64,000 bases of DNA, taken from a virus. Taxonomy: Duplodnaviria > Caudoviricetes. Under the pieces are notes generated by a model. It saw nothing but the letters and a program-made list of their open reading frames with translations. It did not search any database and was not told the origin of the DNA. Numbering within the stretch: position 1 is the first letter of the stretch; the number at the start of each line of letters is the position of its first letter. A program made the translations under genes and the position numbers. The stretch spans positions 32,001 through 96,000 of the IMG/VR virus record IMGVR_UViG_2914436621_000001, one strand, 5' to 3'. Of the stretch, positions 47,399 to 57,005 are shown in pieces.

Positions 47399-47608
47399 TG
47401 ATTCAGTTGGGGAGCGGCACCCCATTAAAAAAGCCTTCCGGTAGCCCCAGCCAGGAGATGGGGACAGGTTCAACCCCTTGGTTGAGGCTCTAATCTCACC
47501 ACCGCGCAACGGTACGGTGCCAGTCCCAAGTCTGGATAAAGAGAGAGGGGAGTCCACGCGGCCTCGCTACAACGCCGCATCTGCAAACCACTACGGAGAA
47601 TTCAATCC

Positions 47609-48325
47609 ATGCAATCCACCATCGCTTCATTTCAAATCACCGCTCAGTCTGCCTGGTCAACGCTACTCATCTGCGATCGCCAAGCCCGCAAAGATGCAGC
47701 TAAGGTTGGCCGCTTCACCCGCTCAACCTACCGCATTTTGAAAAGCCCAAGCGCTATCAAAACCTACCGCTGCATTGGGTTAGCGCTTCAAATCGCTGGA
47801 CTGACGGCGATCGCTCTTGGCTCGTCTATCCGTGAAGCTGTCCGGGTCTTCCGGCAATGGGCTGATGCCTACGTTGAATCGTGCCTGGAGCAGCCTGCGA
47901 TCGAGGTAGTAGAGCCTCAACAGGTAAGCGAACCCCATGAGCGTTGCGAGTTCGTAATGCTGCTGAACGGGTACACCATTGCGGCTTCGCCCGAAAGAGC
48001 GGCGCAAGTTAGAGCAGAGCAGAACGCCTTGGCTCAAGCCATGATGGGCCGTGGGTTTACCGTCTCTGATCCCTGGAGTCTTCCCCTAGAACAGGCTGTG
48101 ATCGAAGAGGCGATCGTTCAGCCTCAACCCTCTCCTCAACCCTCTCCTCAACCCTCTCCTCAACCCTCTCCTCAACCCTCTCCTCAACCTCTGTTGCTCT
48201 TGCCAGCCGCAGCGGAACTCGTTCAACCCAAGAGCAAGCGCAGCAGATCCCGCAAAGCGGAGGCGGCTCCAGCTCAACCCAAGGGCAAGCGCGGCAGACC
48301 TCGTAAGGCTGAGGTGGTAGCGTAG
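47609..48325 (+). CDS. Hypothetical protein with QPSP repeats and basic AT-hook-like tail
   Basis: GGAGA RBS; KRGRPRK C-terminus. Confidence 0.7.
   Translation: MQSTIASFQITAQSAWSTLLICDRQARKDAAKVGRFTRSTYRILKSPSAIKTYRCIGLALQIAGLTAIALGSSIREAVRVFRQWADAYVESCLEQPAIEVVEPQQVSEPHERCEFVMLLNGYTIAASPERAAQVRAEQNALAQAMMGRGFTVSDPWSLPLEQAVIEEAIVQPQPSPQPSPQPSPQPSPQPSPQPLLLLPAAAELVQPKSKRSRSRKAEAAPAQPKGKRGRPRKAEVVA
48122..48189 (+). repeat. 12-bp tandem repeat CCTCAACCCTCT, 5 copies plus a partial one
   Basis: Read directly; encodes (PQPS)n. Confidence 0.95.
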
Positions 48326-48326
48326 T

Positions 48327-49889
48327 CTATGCCGCAGCAGGCAGGGGATCGTCTCCTGCCTGCTGAATTTGCTTCATCTTCACTGCTTCCACCGCGTCTT
48401 TCAGCAGGGCAGAGCGATCGAACAGTTGCTCAATTTCTTCTGCAATCTGTGCCTGCTGCTCGGCTGAGGCATTTTTCACCAGCAAGTTAGAGAGCTGCTG
48501 GTAGAACAGTTTTAGCACCGTGATCGGGAGGTGATCTTCAATCTGGGTGATTTCAATCGCGATCGCCAGCATGGTCTCTAGTGAATCAACATCGAATGAG
48601 TCAAGCCCTGTAACCGAAATGGTTTCAGCTTCCTCTTTGCGATGACCCGCAACGATCGCCACCAGTTGTAGGAGGTCTTGATAAGCATCACAAACCAGTG
48701 AGCCGTAGCTTTTGAGAATCAGCTCCTGCACCACGTAGTCGAGCTTCTTGCTGATACCCGATTGCTCAACTGCTCCCTTGGTCGCTGATGCGCGTGCCAT
48801 GCCAATCATGTCCTGAATGACATCGCGAATTTCCTGAAGTACGCCTCCAACTGAGGCAAGGGAGGTTCCCTGAGCTTCGCTGAACGAAAAATCTCCCTTG
48901 ATGACGTACTGATTCCCGGTCTTTAGCTCCTCTTCTGTATCGACAAAGGTGTGGTCAAGGTCGGTGTCTGCCACGACATGTGGCTTCCAGGTGCGCTGAA
49001 CATAGCCCACCATCTCTGCGGTATCTGACCTGGAATTTTCCAGCCTCAGATGTTCTAACGCTTTGAGATACGCCTGGTTGGTCACCCACAGGTCGTCTGG
49101 TACCTCCATCATCACCACAGGCAGCTTCCCCGCCCGATGGGGCACTGCCCGCAAGAGGGAAACTTTGGCATCTTCACCTGTCTCCAGCGTGTCGCCTTTC
49201 TGGTTAACGAGTTCGGCGATCGCCCCACCCTTCCCCAGCTTGACAAACGCTTCGTATTTGGCAGTATGGGTGCCAGTTATGAATGTCCAGGTTGCTTTGA
49301 GGGCAGGTTTCGCAAACGGACTGGTAACCGTGGTTACCTGCCGGATTTTGATCCAATCCAGCGCGGTTGTATCCCCTTCTCCCCAATTCGTGACGTGCAG
49401 TGGCGTGTAGAGGCAGATGTATGGACTTGCCCCTAATGCCTCCTCTTCCTGCTTTGTTCTAGGGGAGACTTCTAAATAGGGTTTTTCAACGTGTAGATAT
49501 ACCCGTTTGAATTTGAGCGCGTCCCTGAACGTTTCTGTGAGCAGTTGCTTTTCACTGCGTCCCTTACGATTATTATTCTCTCGAAATTTTTGCCAGAACT
49601 TATCGTGGGATTCCAGTCCGGTGACAGAAAGGCTACTGCTGCTCAGTTTTGAGGCTTGTTGGGCGATCGCGCCCCCTAGAACATTGGTGTAGGTGAATTT
49701 CTGCAACCGCAGTTCATACAGTTCCTGCTCCTCACCTGTTCTCGGCTTGAGATATTGCCGCTTTTTTGCTTCAAGTTGATGGCCCCCGGCTGCGAGGTCA
49801 TCAATGCGAGTCAGGGTAGGAGCGATCGCCATATAGTCTGGATGCTGTGTTTCCAGGGTTTTAAGCGGGAGAAAATCAGGAAAATCCAC
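48327..49889 (-). CDS. Portal protein
   Basis: HPDY...YLKP..GEEQELYELRL, SGISKKLD; 520 aa after TerL. Confidence 0.85.
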   Translation of the reverse strand: MDFPDFLPLKTLETQHPDYMAIAPTLTRIDDLAAGGHQLEAKKRQYLKPRTGEEQELYELRLQKFTYTNVLGGAIAQQASKLSSSSLSVTGLESHDKFWQKFRENNNRKGRSEKQLLTETFRDALKFKRVYLHVEKPYLEVSPRTKQEEEALGASPYICLYTPLHVTNWGEGDTTALDWIKIRQVTTVTSPFAKPALKATWTFITGTHTAKYEAFVKLGKGGAIAELVNQKGDTLETGEDAKVSLLRAVPHRAGKLPVVMMEVPDDLWVTNQAYLKALEHLRLENSRSDTAEMVGYVQRTWKPHVVADTDLDHTFVDTEEELKTGNQYVIKGDFSFSEAQGTSLASVGGVLQEIRDVIQDMIGMARASATKGAVEQSGISKKLDYVVQELILKSYGSLVCDAYQDLLQLVAIVAGHRKEEAETISVTGLDSFDVDSLETMLAIAIEITQIEDHLPITVLKLFYQQLSNLLVKNASAEQQAQIAEEIEQLFDRSALLKDAVEAVKMKQIQQAGDDPLPAAA

Positions 49890-49940
49890 GGTCAGCCTCG
49901 GTGTCTGGGTAGCCTAATAGTTGGAAATGTCCAGTTGAGG

Positions 49941-50306
49941 ATGGCATCAATGACAGAGCAGGAATTCACGGGCAGCCTAATCATTCCGTGTGAGACTGGA
50001 AAAGTGTCAGATGGCTACCATACTTTTGATGAGTTGTATGAGCATCGATGCTTGCTGTTTCTGGCACTGATGCGATCGCACCCCCACCAGTCCTGGAAAT
50101 CCAGGAAACATCATGATGGCAGCGTATTTGAAGGTTGGTTTATTGCAGGGCTAATACTCCCAAGCGGAGCCGTGACCTACCATCTGCCAGACAGGATGTG
50201 GAACTTGTGCCGATGCCACGAGGTTGAGCTTGCTCCTGAATGGGATGGGCACACATCGAAGGATGTAATTGATAGGTTGACCCAGTGGCTAGGGGACGAT
50301 CGCTAA
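49941..50306 (+). CDS. Phage protein with WDGH motif
   Basis: SDGYHTFDELYEHR...APEWDGHT. Confidence 0.75.
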   Translation: MASMTEQEFTGSLIIPCETGKVSDGYHTFDELYEHRCLLFLALMRSHPHQSWKSRKHHDGSVFEGWFIAGLILPSGAVTYHLPDRMWNLCRCHEVELAPEWDGHTSKDVIDRLTQWLGDDR

Positions 50307-50849
50307 ATGCTTACATCCAGCTCACTCCAGCGTGAAACTGCTCAAACGACGGTAAAACTCCGTCGTCTCACGTCGGAACTAAGAACCGATCGCCTTCCCC
50401 TAGAACAATGGCAATCCCGCTTCACCGACACGCTCAGAGCAGCCCATCTGAGTGCCGCTGAAATTGCCGCTGATGGAACGCTGACACCGCCGTATGAGGC
50501 GATCGTGGATGAGGTGTTAGCGGAAGAGTTGGATTATTTGAGCAAGTTCGCCGATGACCTTGCCAGTGGGCAGTATGACGAAGAAGTTAGCCCGGTTCGC
50601 TACACTGCGCTAGAAAGAGCAGGGCTATACGCTGCCGCCTTGGCGTTGACCTACTCAAGGGCAACCATTCTCACTCGCCAATCACAAGGCCACACTCAAG
50701 CCTGGAGACGGCTGAATGCACTTGCTCGCAGTTGCAAGCAATGCGTTGAGTATCAGACGTTTGGCTGGGTGGGAATTGATGAAGTGGTGGCGATCGGGCA
50801 TCGTTGCGCGTGTCGTGGACGCTGCAAATGCCATATCTCATTCAGGTAG
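50307..50849 (+). CDS. MuF/gp7-like minor head protein
   Basis: ELDYLSKFA..ERAGLYA; CKQC...CRGRCKC C-terminus. Confidence 0.65.
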   Translation: MLTSSSLQRETAQTTVKLRRLTSELRTDRLPLEQWQSRFTDTLRAAHLSAAEIAADGTLTPPYEAIVDEVLAEELDYLSKFADDLASGQYDEEVSPVRYTALERAGLYAAALALTYSRATILTRQSQGHTQAWRRLNALARSCKQCVEYQTFGWVGIDEVVAIGHRCACRGRCKCHISFR

Positions 50850-50934
50850 CGATCGGATATGCACTGGGATTACGCCATTTGGCGGAAATGCCCACCAGTG
50901 ACCTTCCTGAAAAAATGGGTCGGTGTAGCCGTTT

Positions 50935-51834
50935 TCATTGCAACTGTTGAGACTTAAATGCCTTCACCAGATTCCTAAGCTCAACTTTGTTGAATGAGAG
51001 ATCGTAGCGATCGCCGTTAGCATCAATGCCATAAGGAACGAAATAGTTGGATTTTTGTTGGTTTTGCTGAGCCTCAATAATTTGCAAATTGCTGTGAACG
51101 TGCATTCCACAAATCAATGGACTGACGAGAGGATCGATGTGATCGACATGAACTTCAAATCCCATGCTTCGTTGTTGCGCTGCCGCAATGTAAACCGCTT
51201 GGATAGCTTCAAAGTCAGCCCAACCAGGAATTGACTGCCGAAAAGTGTTGTAGCGAGTCTTGCTCAGCCTGTGTATGCGACTGCGGCTATCTTGAACATA
51301 CTGCTTCATCCACGCCGCAATTCGATCCCGGTTTTTGAGGCGATACTTACGATTTGAGGCTCTTACGGCTTCCGCATTTTCAACACGATATAGCGATCGC
51401 TTGAACAAAAAGGTTGCTCTATTGCGCTGATAATAGTTTCTCGCTTGAGTTTTTCGCTTCTCACGATTTCGCTGATTGTAATCACGGACTGCGGCTAGCC
51501 GCTTCTCACGATCTCGCTGGTAGCGCATCTTCTCGTACTGCAATCGGGCTTCGCAATTCTCCCGGTAGTAGTGGATTGACTTCTCAAGCTTCTCCTCTCG
51601 GTGCCGCAAATAATTGCGCTTTTTCTGGGCTTTTACTTTGTCCGGGTTGCTTTGCCGCCAATCGGCATGGCAAGTGCGGCAAATGGTTCGCAATCCATCT
51701 TTTTTCGAGCGATCGTTCGTGAAGCAGTTTAAAGCAAGAAACTGCTTACATTTATTGCATTGTTTGAGATCCATAATTCCTGCTGATGACAAGTCAGCGA
51801 CCTTTCTTGAACGGGCAGAGTGGTAGTCAACCAC
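50935..51834 (-). CDS. HNH endonuclease (homing-type)
   Basis: CNKC/CRTC zinc finger, Arg-rich repeats, HVDHIDPL...GMHVHSNLQII...N. Confidence 0.85.
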   Translation of the reverse strand: MVDYHSARSRKVADLSSAGIMDLKQCNKCKQFLALNCFTNDRSKKDGLRTICRTCHADWRQSNPDKVKAQKKRNYLRHREEKLEKSIHYYRENCEARLQYEKMRYQRDREKRLAAVRDYNQRNREKRKTQARNYYQRNRATFLFKRSLYRVENAEAVRASNRKYRLKNRDRIAAWMKQYVQDSRSRIHRLSKTRYNTFRQSIPGWADFEAIQAVYIAAAQQRSMGFEVHVDHIDPLVSPLICGMHVHSNLQIIEAQQNQQKSNYFVPYGIDANGDRYDLSFNKVELRNLVKAFKSQQLQ

Positions 51835-51898
51835 CTTTTCGGGAGCGACCCTAGCCCATCATCATTTTAACTTGTATAAGGGCTGGAATGTATCATCA

Positions 51899-53269
51899 TC
51901 AAGGGTTGTGGCCATCTCCTGTTAAATGGTTGAATTGCAGGCTGGCCAAACAGTAACGCAGACTATCACTTCTATGGTCAACCTGCCCTGGCGCTACTTC
52001 ATCTTTCACATTTCCATCTTTATCAACTGCTCTGTGATAGCTACGCAACTCGTCCACAAAACTCACTTCTTCGGCTTCATTGCTGAGTTCAGAACTGATA
52101 TACAACTTGTCTTGATAGAAAAAGCTGTTTACAACCTGAATTCCTTCCTTGATTCGGTTAAATGCTTTGACCGAACGCTGTAATCCTTCAATGCTGTGCT
52201 TTTTGCCTGCTTTACGAAATTCCAGAATTGAAGCGGGTCTAGACGGGTCGCAAAAAACACGCCTGACATTCCACTTGCGTGCCAATTCAACCGCTTTGCT
52301 GACGTGATCATCAATTGGCACGGTCAAGCCAGTTGTGCTGTGCCAAGCGTCTAGCACGTAGTAAATTCCATCTGCACTCTGACCAACCACGACCAAAGCG
52401 GGGTGTGTATCACCCCAGTCACAAGCCATCCAGGTTGTTCTGAATGCCTTAGGCAGCTCATCTGCAATGTGATGGTCTTGTAAATGCTCAAAGATTTGCC
52501 CGCTGAAGCTCTCCCAGCTTGCCTCAAACTCCTGCTGAAAGAGTTTTTTCGGCATTCTACGACGGGCGCTTTCAATGTTTTCCTTTGGGAAATGTGGGTT
52601 GTCTGCGGTAGTTTGATGCAGGTAGAAGAAGTCTGGATCTTCTTGAGCCTCGGTGCAGAATTTGTGGAAATAAGATCCCTTGCCCTTGGGTGTGCCGATT
52701 ACTGTAGCTGAATAGTTCCTGTTTCGCCCCAGCGCAGGCAAAAGCACGGTATCCCAAAATCCATGCCCAAAGTCTTGGAACTCGTCACAGCCTGCCCAAA
52801 CTGGGTTAATGCCTCGCAGTGCCTCACCGTTGTGAACGCCTCGCAGCATAAGCGATGGGCGATCGCCAATAAAGTCAATTCGATAGCGCGACTTATCGAG
52901 CTTTTTAACCCAGTGTCGCAGCGAACCGCCAACATCAAAAGCATTAAGCAGCGCTTGCCAATGGATATCAATTGCTTGCTTCATCCACGGCATCAAGATG
53001 ACTGCAACTTGTGGCGATCGTGGGTTGATCTTGCCTTTGTACCCCAGGCAAAACTGAATCGCAGTGGTCTGAAGCAGTACTGATTTACCCCAGCCACGAC
53101 CAGCCAATACAAGTTTAACCTTGGCCGAATAGTCAAAGACTAGTTGCTGATTCTCATGAAAGTCTGTGGGAGGGAGTTTAAGCTGCTTCGCTGTAAGCGG
53201 ACGCTTGATCTTCGCCTTCAGCTTCGGCGATAGGCTCTTCGTCCTCAATGGTAGGGTCGATAACGTCAT
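51899..53269 (-). CDS. terL: Terminase large subunit
   Basis: AGRGWGKS, GCDEFQD, IGTPKG, FQQEFEA, CDWG, DHRSDSLRY. Confidence 0.93.
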   Translation of the reverse strand: MTLSTLPLRTKSLSPKLKAKIKRPLTAKQLKLPPTDFHENQQLVFDYSAKVKLVLAGRGWGKSVLLQTTAIQFCLGYKGKINPRSPQVAVILMPWMKQAIDIHWQALLNAFDVGGSLRHWVKKLDKSRYRIDFIGDRPSLMLRGVHNGEALRGINPVWAGCDEFQDFGHGFWDTVLLPALGRNRNYSATVIGTPKGKGSYFHKFCTEAQEDPDFFYLHQTTADNPHFPKENIESARRRMPKKLFQQEFEASWESFSGQIFEHLQDHHIADELPKAFRTTWMACDWGDTHPALVVVGQSADGIYYVLDAWHSTTGLTVPIDDHVSKAVELARKWNVRRVFCDPSRPASILEFRKAGKKHSIEGLQRSVKAFNRIKEGIQVVNSFFYQDKLYISSELSNEAEEVSFVDELRSYHRAVDKDGNVKDEVAPGQVDHRSDSLRYCLASLQFNHLTGDGHNP

Positions 53270-53624
53270 AGCCCGCCGTCATTACTGCCTTCAGATGGTC
53301 TTCCAGGTCGAAATAAAGCCCAAGTAGCTTTGCCTCGTCCTGTGCAATTTGGAAAGCAGCGCCCCATTTCTCGTTTTTGTAAGCTTTGTTGTAGAGATCT
53401 CGCCGGATGGCGACATGCTCTGCGCGGGCAATCTCACGATCGACCGCAATATCCTGGGTCATCCGCTCTCTGGCACGGGAGATATATTCATCCGTTTGCC
53501 GAGTGGAGAGTCCCCACTCACTAGCGGCATACCGCAGGATGTGTTGTCTGGGTTCGCGCCTGAGCAGCAGAAGATAGACAGCGTGAACTCGCTGCTCCAG
53601 TTCCGCGTCGCTCGATTTATTCAT
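53178..53624 (-). CDS. terS: Terminase small subunit (probable)
   Basis: HTH WGLSTRQTDEYI; AKLLGL; overlaps the terL start. Confidence 0.7.
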   Translation of the reverse strand: MNKSSDAELEQRVHAVYLLLLRREPRQHILRYAASEWGLSTRQTDEYISRARERMTQDIAVDREIARAEHVAIRRDLYNKAYKNEKWGAAFQIAQDEAKLLGLYFDLEDHLKAVMTAGYDVIDPTIEDEEPIAEAEGEDQASAYSEAA

Positions 53625-53638
53625 GTTCTAGGGGATTG

Positions 53639-53836
53639 TTATGAGGCCGTTTCAGGCGGCGCAAATCCGGTCATTGCGCCCGTAAAAGCGTCGATGACTC
53701 GTCGAGGAAACTGCTGCTCCATTTGATCCAATAACTCGTCTTCTGACAGGTCGGGCTGGTTGTCTACAAACTCAACCAGCCGCTGAAGCTGTTCAGATTC
53801 TTGAGGCGATAACTCTTCGTTCATGGTGCGATTCAA
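53639..53836 (-). CDS. Small acidic protein
   Basis: 65 aa, Glu/Asp-rich. Confidence 0.55.
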   Translation of the reverse strand: MNRTMNEELSPQESEQLQRLVEFVDNQPDLSEDELLDQMEQQFPRRVIDAFTGAMTGFAPPETAS

Positions 53837-53884
53837 ACACTAATCCAGTATTAACAATCCTGCTGGCCTTTGATAAGCGGGAAT

Positions 53885-54475
53885 TTATCGATTGATAGCA
53901 CGTTCGCGATCGCGCTGTCGTCGAAGCTGCCGATAATTTCCTTCAGCAACCTGCCCGGCAGGGGTGTTTGTTTCATATTGCCTCAACGTTGCATTGTCGG
54001 GCGTTAGCTTGCCGTTGCGGACGATCGCGTACTGGGTACCTCCTGCCCGCCCTGCAACAGGTCGAGAAAAGCCAGCAGACTCATAAGCCACGGCACGGGT
54101 TGCACCTCGACTGTCTCCAATGACGGCATTGCATTCATATTTAAATCCATCAGGGCGAGTGGAGGCATCGTGAGTTATGATTCGACGGATTTTGAGAGCG
54201 GCTAAATCCGCCTCTCGTCCCTTTAACGCTCCGGCAGTCGAACTGCCATTGACGCTAAATGAAACCGAATGTGAATCTGGATCGAAGAAGTCAGGCAAGA
54301 TGTTTAAGCTAACTTTGTTGTCGCCAGACTTAAACTCATAGGTTTGAAAGCCACCTATTTTTTCGGCAGTTACCCCATCTGGTAATTTGGGCTGGCGACC
54401 GCCCTTAACCTCGCTAGAACTTTTGACGGCAAGCGCAAACTTCCCGCTTTTCCAAGAGCCGCCTTTGCTTGCCAT
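53885..54475 (-). CDS. Protein with MASKGGSWK leader (copy 2)
   Basis: N-terminus MASKGGSWKSGKF. Confidence 0.75.
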   Translation of the reverse strand: MASKGGSWKSGKFALAVKSSSEVKGGRQPKLPDGVTAEKIGGFQTYEFKSGDNKVSLNILPDFFDPDSHSVSFSVNGSSTAGALKGREADLAALKIRRIITHDASTRPDGFKYECNAVIGDSRGATRAVAYESAGFSRPVAGRAGGTQYAIVRNGKLTPDNATLRQYETNTPAGQVAEGNYRQLRRQRDRERAINR

Positions 54476-54484
54476 CAGATTTGC

Positions 54485-55138
54485 CTAAATTTCCATTAAT
54501 TGAACAATGGTCGATCGCCCCTCAGTTCTCTTCCCGGTCACCGTAAACCGAGACCCTGGAGGATAAAGGACTTCTCGCTCCCCTCTGTAGGAGCTAAGAC
54601 GGCTGAGGTCTCTAGCATTCTTGCCAGTTGCATTGATCTCAAACTGCAAGTTACCCGATCGCCGCCGATCAGCCCTGGCAGATGTGCTCATGAATCCCTT
54701 GTCGGTGTAGGTTTCGCCAACCCTAATCGACGAAATCACACTTTGAGAAACCCCTATCCCTCGATAAACAGTTCCTGTATGAGGTGGCAGCTTTTGTAAA
54801 GCCGATGCAGCAAAACGACCATCTAGCTCAAAGTTGCGACGGGCGCGATCGCTGAGATAGCTCAAGTCGCCCCCTCTAAGCAGAGTGTTGATGTTGCTGT
54901 AGCCATAGGTCGTGTAGTAGCGGAGGGCGGCGTACTCTTCCAGGTTGAGGTTGCCTAAATCCTTCGATCGCCCCTCTCTCATGTACCGCTTCAGCATCCT
55001 CTCCCTGGCACCGCCTCCCTCCATGCTCTTGAGATAGGTTTGGCGTAATTCCTCGGTGGAAGCAGTCTGGGTGGGGGCAGCTTGCATTTTCACGGGAGCA
55101 AACGTCCCGCTTTTCCAACTGCCGCCTTTGCTTGCCAT
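54485..55138 (-). CDS. R-S-E class ADP-ribosyltransferase with MASKGGSWK leader (copy 3)
   Basis: YTTYGYSNINTLLR, VYRG, FMSTS, EREVL (ExE). Confidence 0.9.
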   Translation of the reverse strand: MASKGGSWKSGTFAPVKMQAAPTQTASTEELRQTYLKSMEGGGARERMLKRYMREGRSKDLGNLNLEEYAALRYYTTYGYSNINTLLRGGDLSYLSDRARRNFELDGRFAASALQKLPPHTGTVYRGIGVSQSVISSIRVGETYTDKGFMSTSARADRRRSGNLQFEINATGKNARDLSRLSSYRGEREVLYPPGSRFTVTGKRTEGRSTIVQLMEI

Positions 55139-56356
55139 TTAAACCTCGGCGTAATAGTCACTAAACCCGTCCGGGTTGAACGCCAGATAGGGCAGATTGT
55201 GGTCGTCAACCAGTTGAATCCAGCCCCCGCTGCTGTCACGTTTGGCAGCATATGCAAAGCAGGCAGCTCGTGCCGGAGAAGCTTTGATTCGGGCATCACT
55301 CCAAACCATTTGCAGCAGATCTCGATAGGTCATCCAGTTCGACCAGTTCTCTGCTTCTCGGCACACCTGGTGAGCTGTCGCCCCAACGTAATGCCCGATG
55401 CACAATTTGCCTTTGGGGAATTTGGGGCAGAGAAAGTCTGCAAATTCGTTGAAGCTGATCAGGTCTGTGGTCTGAAGTTGGCGATCATGGCACCAATTCA
55501 CAAAGTCCTGAAGTACTCCAAATGTTTTGGGATAGAGCTGGTGATACGGCTCGAAGTAGTTGGAGCGGTTGGGTTGTCCTGCGCTGAACACTTCTAACCC
55601 CACGTCGGTGACCATCTGCCGCAGCTCCAGCCACTGCTGAAACTCATCCGGGTCAGGGTTACGTTTCTGCGCCCGTTTGATGATGCTCTCCCCGATCGCC
55701 TCCCTCCCCCGTTGCGGCATATTGCGGAGTTGTTTGTAGTTGAAGTGGATGGTTTCCGTCCAGACGCCATGCACACCACAATCTTTCAACCGCTTCAGCA
55801 ATTTAGGCGCTTGTTCTAGGGGAAGCCATTCTGGAGTCCACGGGTTCAGCCCGACGTTAACGGTGTGGCCTCTGCTGGTGAGCGTTTCGAGTAGGGAGAG
55901 GCGATCGCCAATCGACGGTGCACCTGGCTCAAGTCTGGCTCGAAGGTCATCGTCGAGCATGGCAATTGACACATACCAGCAGCTCGGCGGCAGGAATTCT
56001 AGCGCTTCCTCAATCCCTCGTCCCCCTTTGGTCTGGAGAGCGATCGGGATGCCTAGCTCAGTCATAGTCCGCATGACTGGGATGGACTGCTGGAAGTTGG
56101 AGGTAGCGAACGGATCAACACGGTTGGAGATGAGCACACCGTAGCCTTGTTGCAGTAGTTTTGCTTCTAAGGTCTGGCGGTTGTGATAGTCAGAGAGCAG
56201 CCGCATTGTCGCTTTAATGTCAGCGCGGCGATCGGGCTGGTTAAGGTTGGCGAAGCAATAGTGACAATTGTGACTACACCAATTGAATGAGGCTTCGAGG
56301 GGGAGCGGTGAGATCAAAAGCTCCCCATAGTAAACGCTGATGCTATCTCCAGCCAT
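55139..56356 (-). CDS. Radical SAM protein (spore-photoproduct-lyase-like)
   Basis: CSHNCHYC; SNRVDPF, QTK, LEPGAPS..RL. Confidence 0.9.
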   Translation of the reverse strand: MAGDSISVYYGELLISPLPLEASFNWCSHNCHYCFANLNQPDRRADIKATMRLLSDYHNRQTLEAKLLQQGYGVLISNRVDPFATSNFQQSIPVMRTMTELGIPIALQTKGGRGIEEALEFLPPSCWYVSIAMLDDDLRARLEPGAPSIGDRLSLLETLTSRGHTVNVGLNPWTPEWLPLEQAPKLLKRLKDCGVHGVWTETIHFNYKQLRNMPQRGREAIGESIIKRAQKRNPDPDEFQQWLELRQMVTDVGLEVFSAGQPNRSNYFEPYHQLYPKTFGVLQDFVNWCHDRQLQTTDLISFNEFADFLCPKFPKGKLCIGHYVGATAHQVCREAENWSNWMTYRDLLQMVWSDARIKASPARAACFAYAAKRDSSGGWIQLVDDHNLPYLAFNPDGFSDYYAEV

Positions 56357-56405
56357 TGTTTTCCTTTGCTAAAACTTTTATACAGGCTTGGCTTCGCGCC
56401 TCCCG

Positions 56406-57005
56406 TTAGCCCTGTTCCGCTGCCCGACGAGCAGCTTTGGCAGCTCTGCGTTCAGCTTCCTGTCGCTGCTGCAAGGCATCGTTTCTTTGCCGTGCATCTC
56501 GCTCCATCCTTGTGAAGGATGGGTTCCTGCCCGATCGCCCAACCAGTTCAGATCGGAACGTCTGAACAACTCTTTCGTTGTTTCTTTCAGCGGTAGACAT
56601 TCGGTTGTACAGGGATTCTGCGATCGCCTGCGCCCCAGCGCTGACACGAACCCCCAAACCCGCATCTGAGGAGGCGATCGCCTGAATACTTTGATTACTG
56701 ATGACTGCGATGACGACATCCGCCTTGCCTTCAGCAGACAGTCGGTCAAAAGTGTCTGGATTTTTTAGATATTGCAATCCTTGCTCCAGTCGAGTGGTTG
56801 GGCCGCCCAATTCCTGCACTTCTCCCGATCGCTGATCGAATGGAGTGCTTTGTAGCGCCTTCACCTCTGCAATAGTCTGCTCAGCAAATGAGGAAACTTG
56901 GCTGTCAGTTGGAGGGCGATCGCCATTTAAGGCTTCAGCCCCACCACTTTTTGAGGTGGCCGCAGCAAATTTCCCGCTCTTCCAAGAGCCGCCCTTACTC
57001 GCCAT
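56406..57005 (-). CDS. Protein with MASKGGSWK leader (copy 4)
   Basis: N-terminus MASKGGSWKSGKF. Confidence 0.75.
   Translation of the reverse strand: MASKGGSWKSGKFAAATSKSGGAEALNGDRPPTDSQVSSFAEQTIAEVKALQSTPFDQRSGEVQELGGPTTRLEQGLQYLKNPDTFDRLSAEGKADVVIAVISNQSIQAIASSDAGLGVRVSAGAQAIAESLYNRMSTAERNNERVVQTFRSELVGRSGRNPSFTRMERDARQRNDALQQRQEAERRAAKAARRAAEQG

Noticed and set aside
48122-48189. CRISPR-like or phase-variation repeat
   Set aside because: No spacers; the 12-bp unit is in frame and encodes a Pro-rich linker
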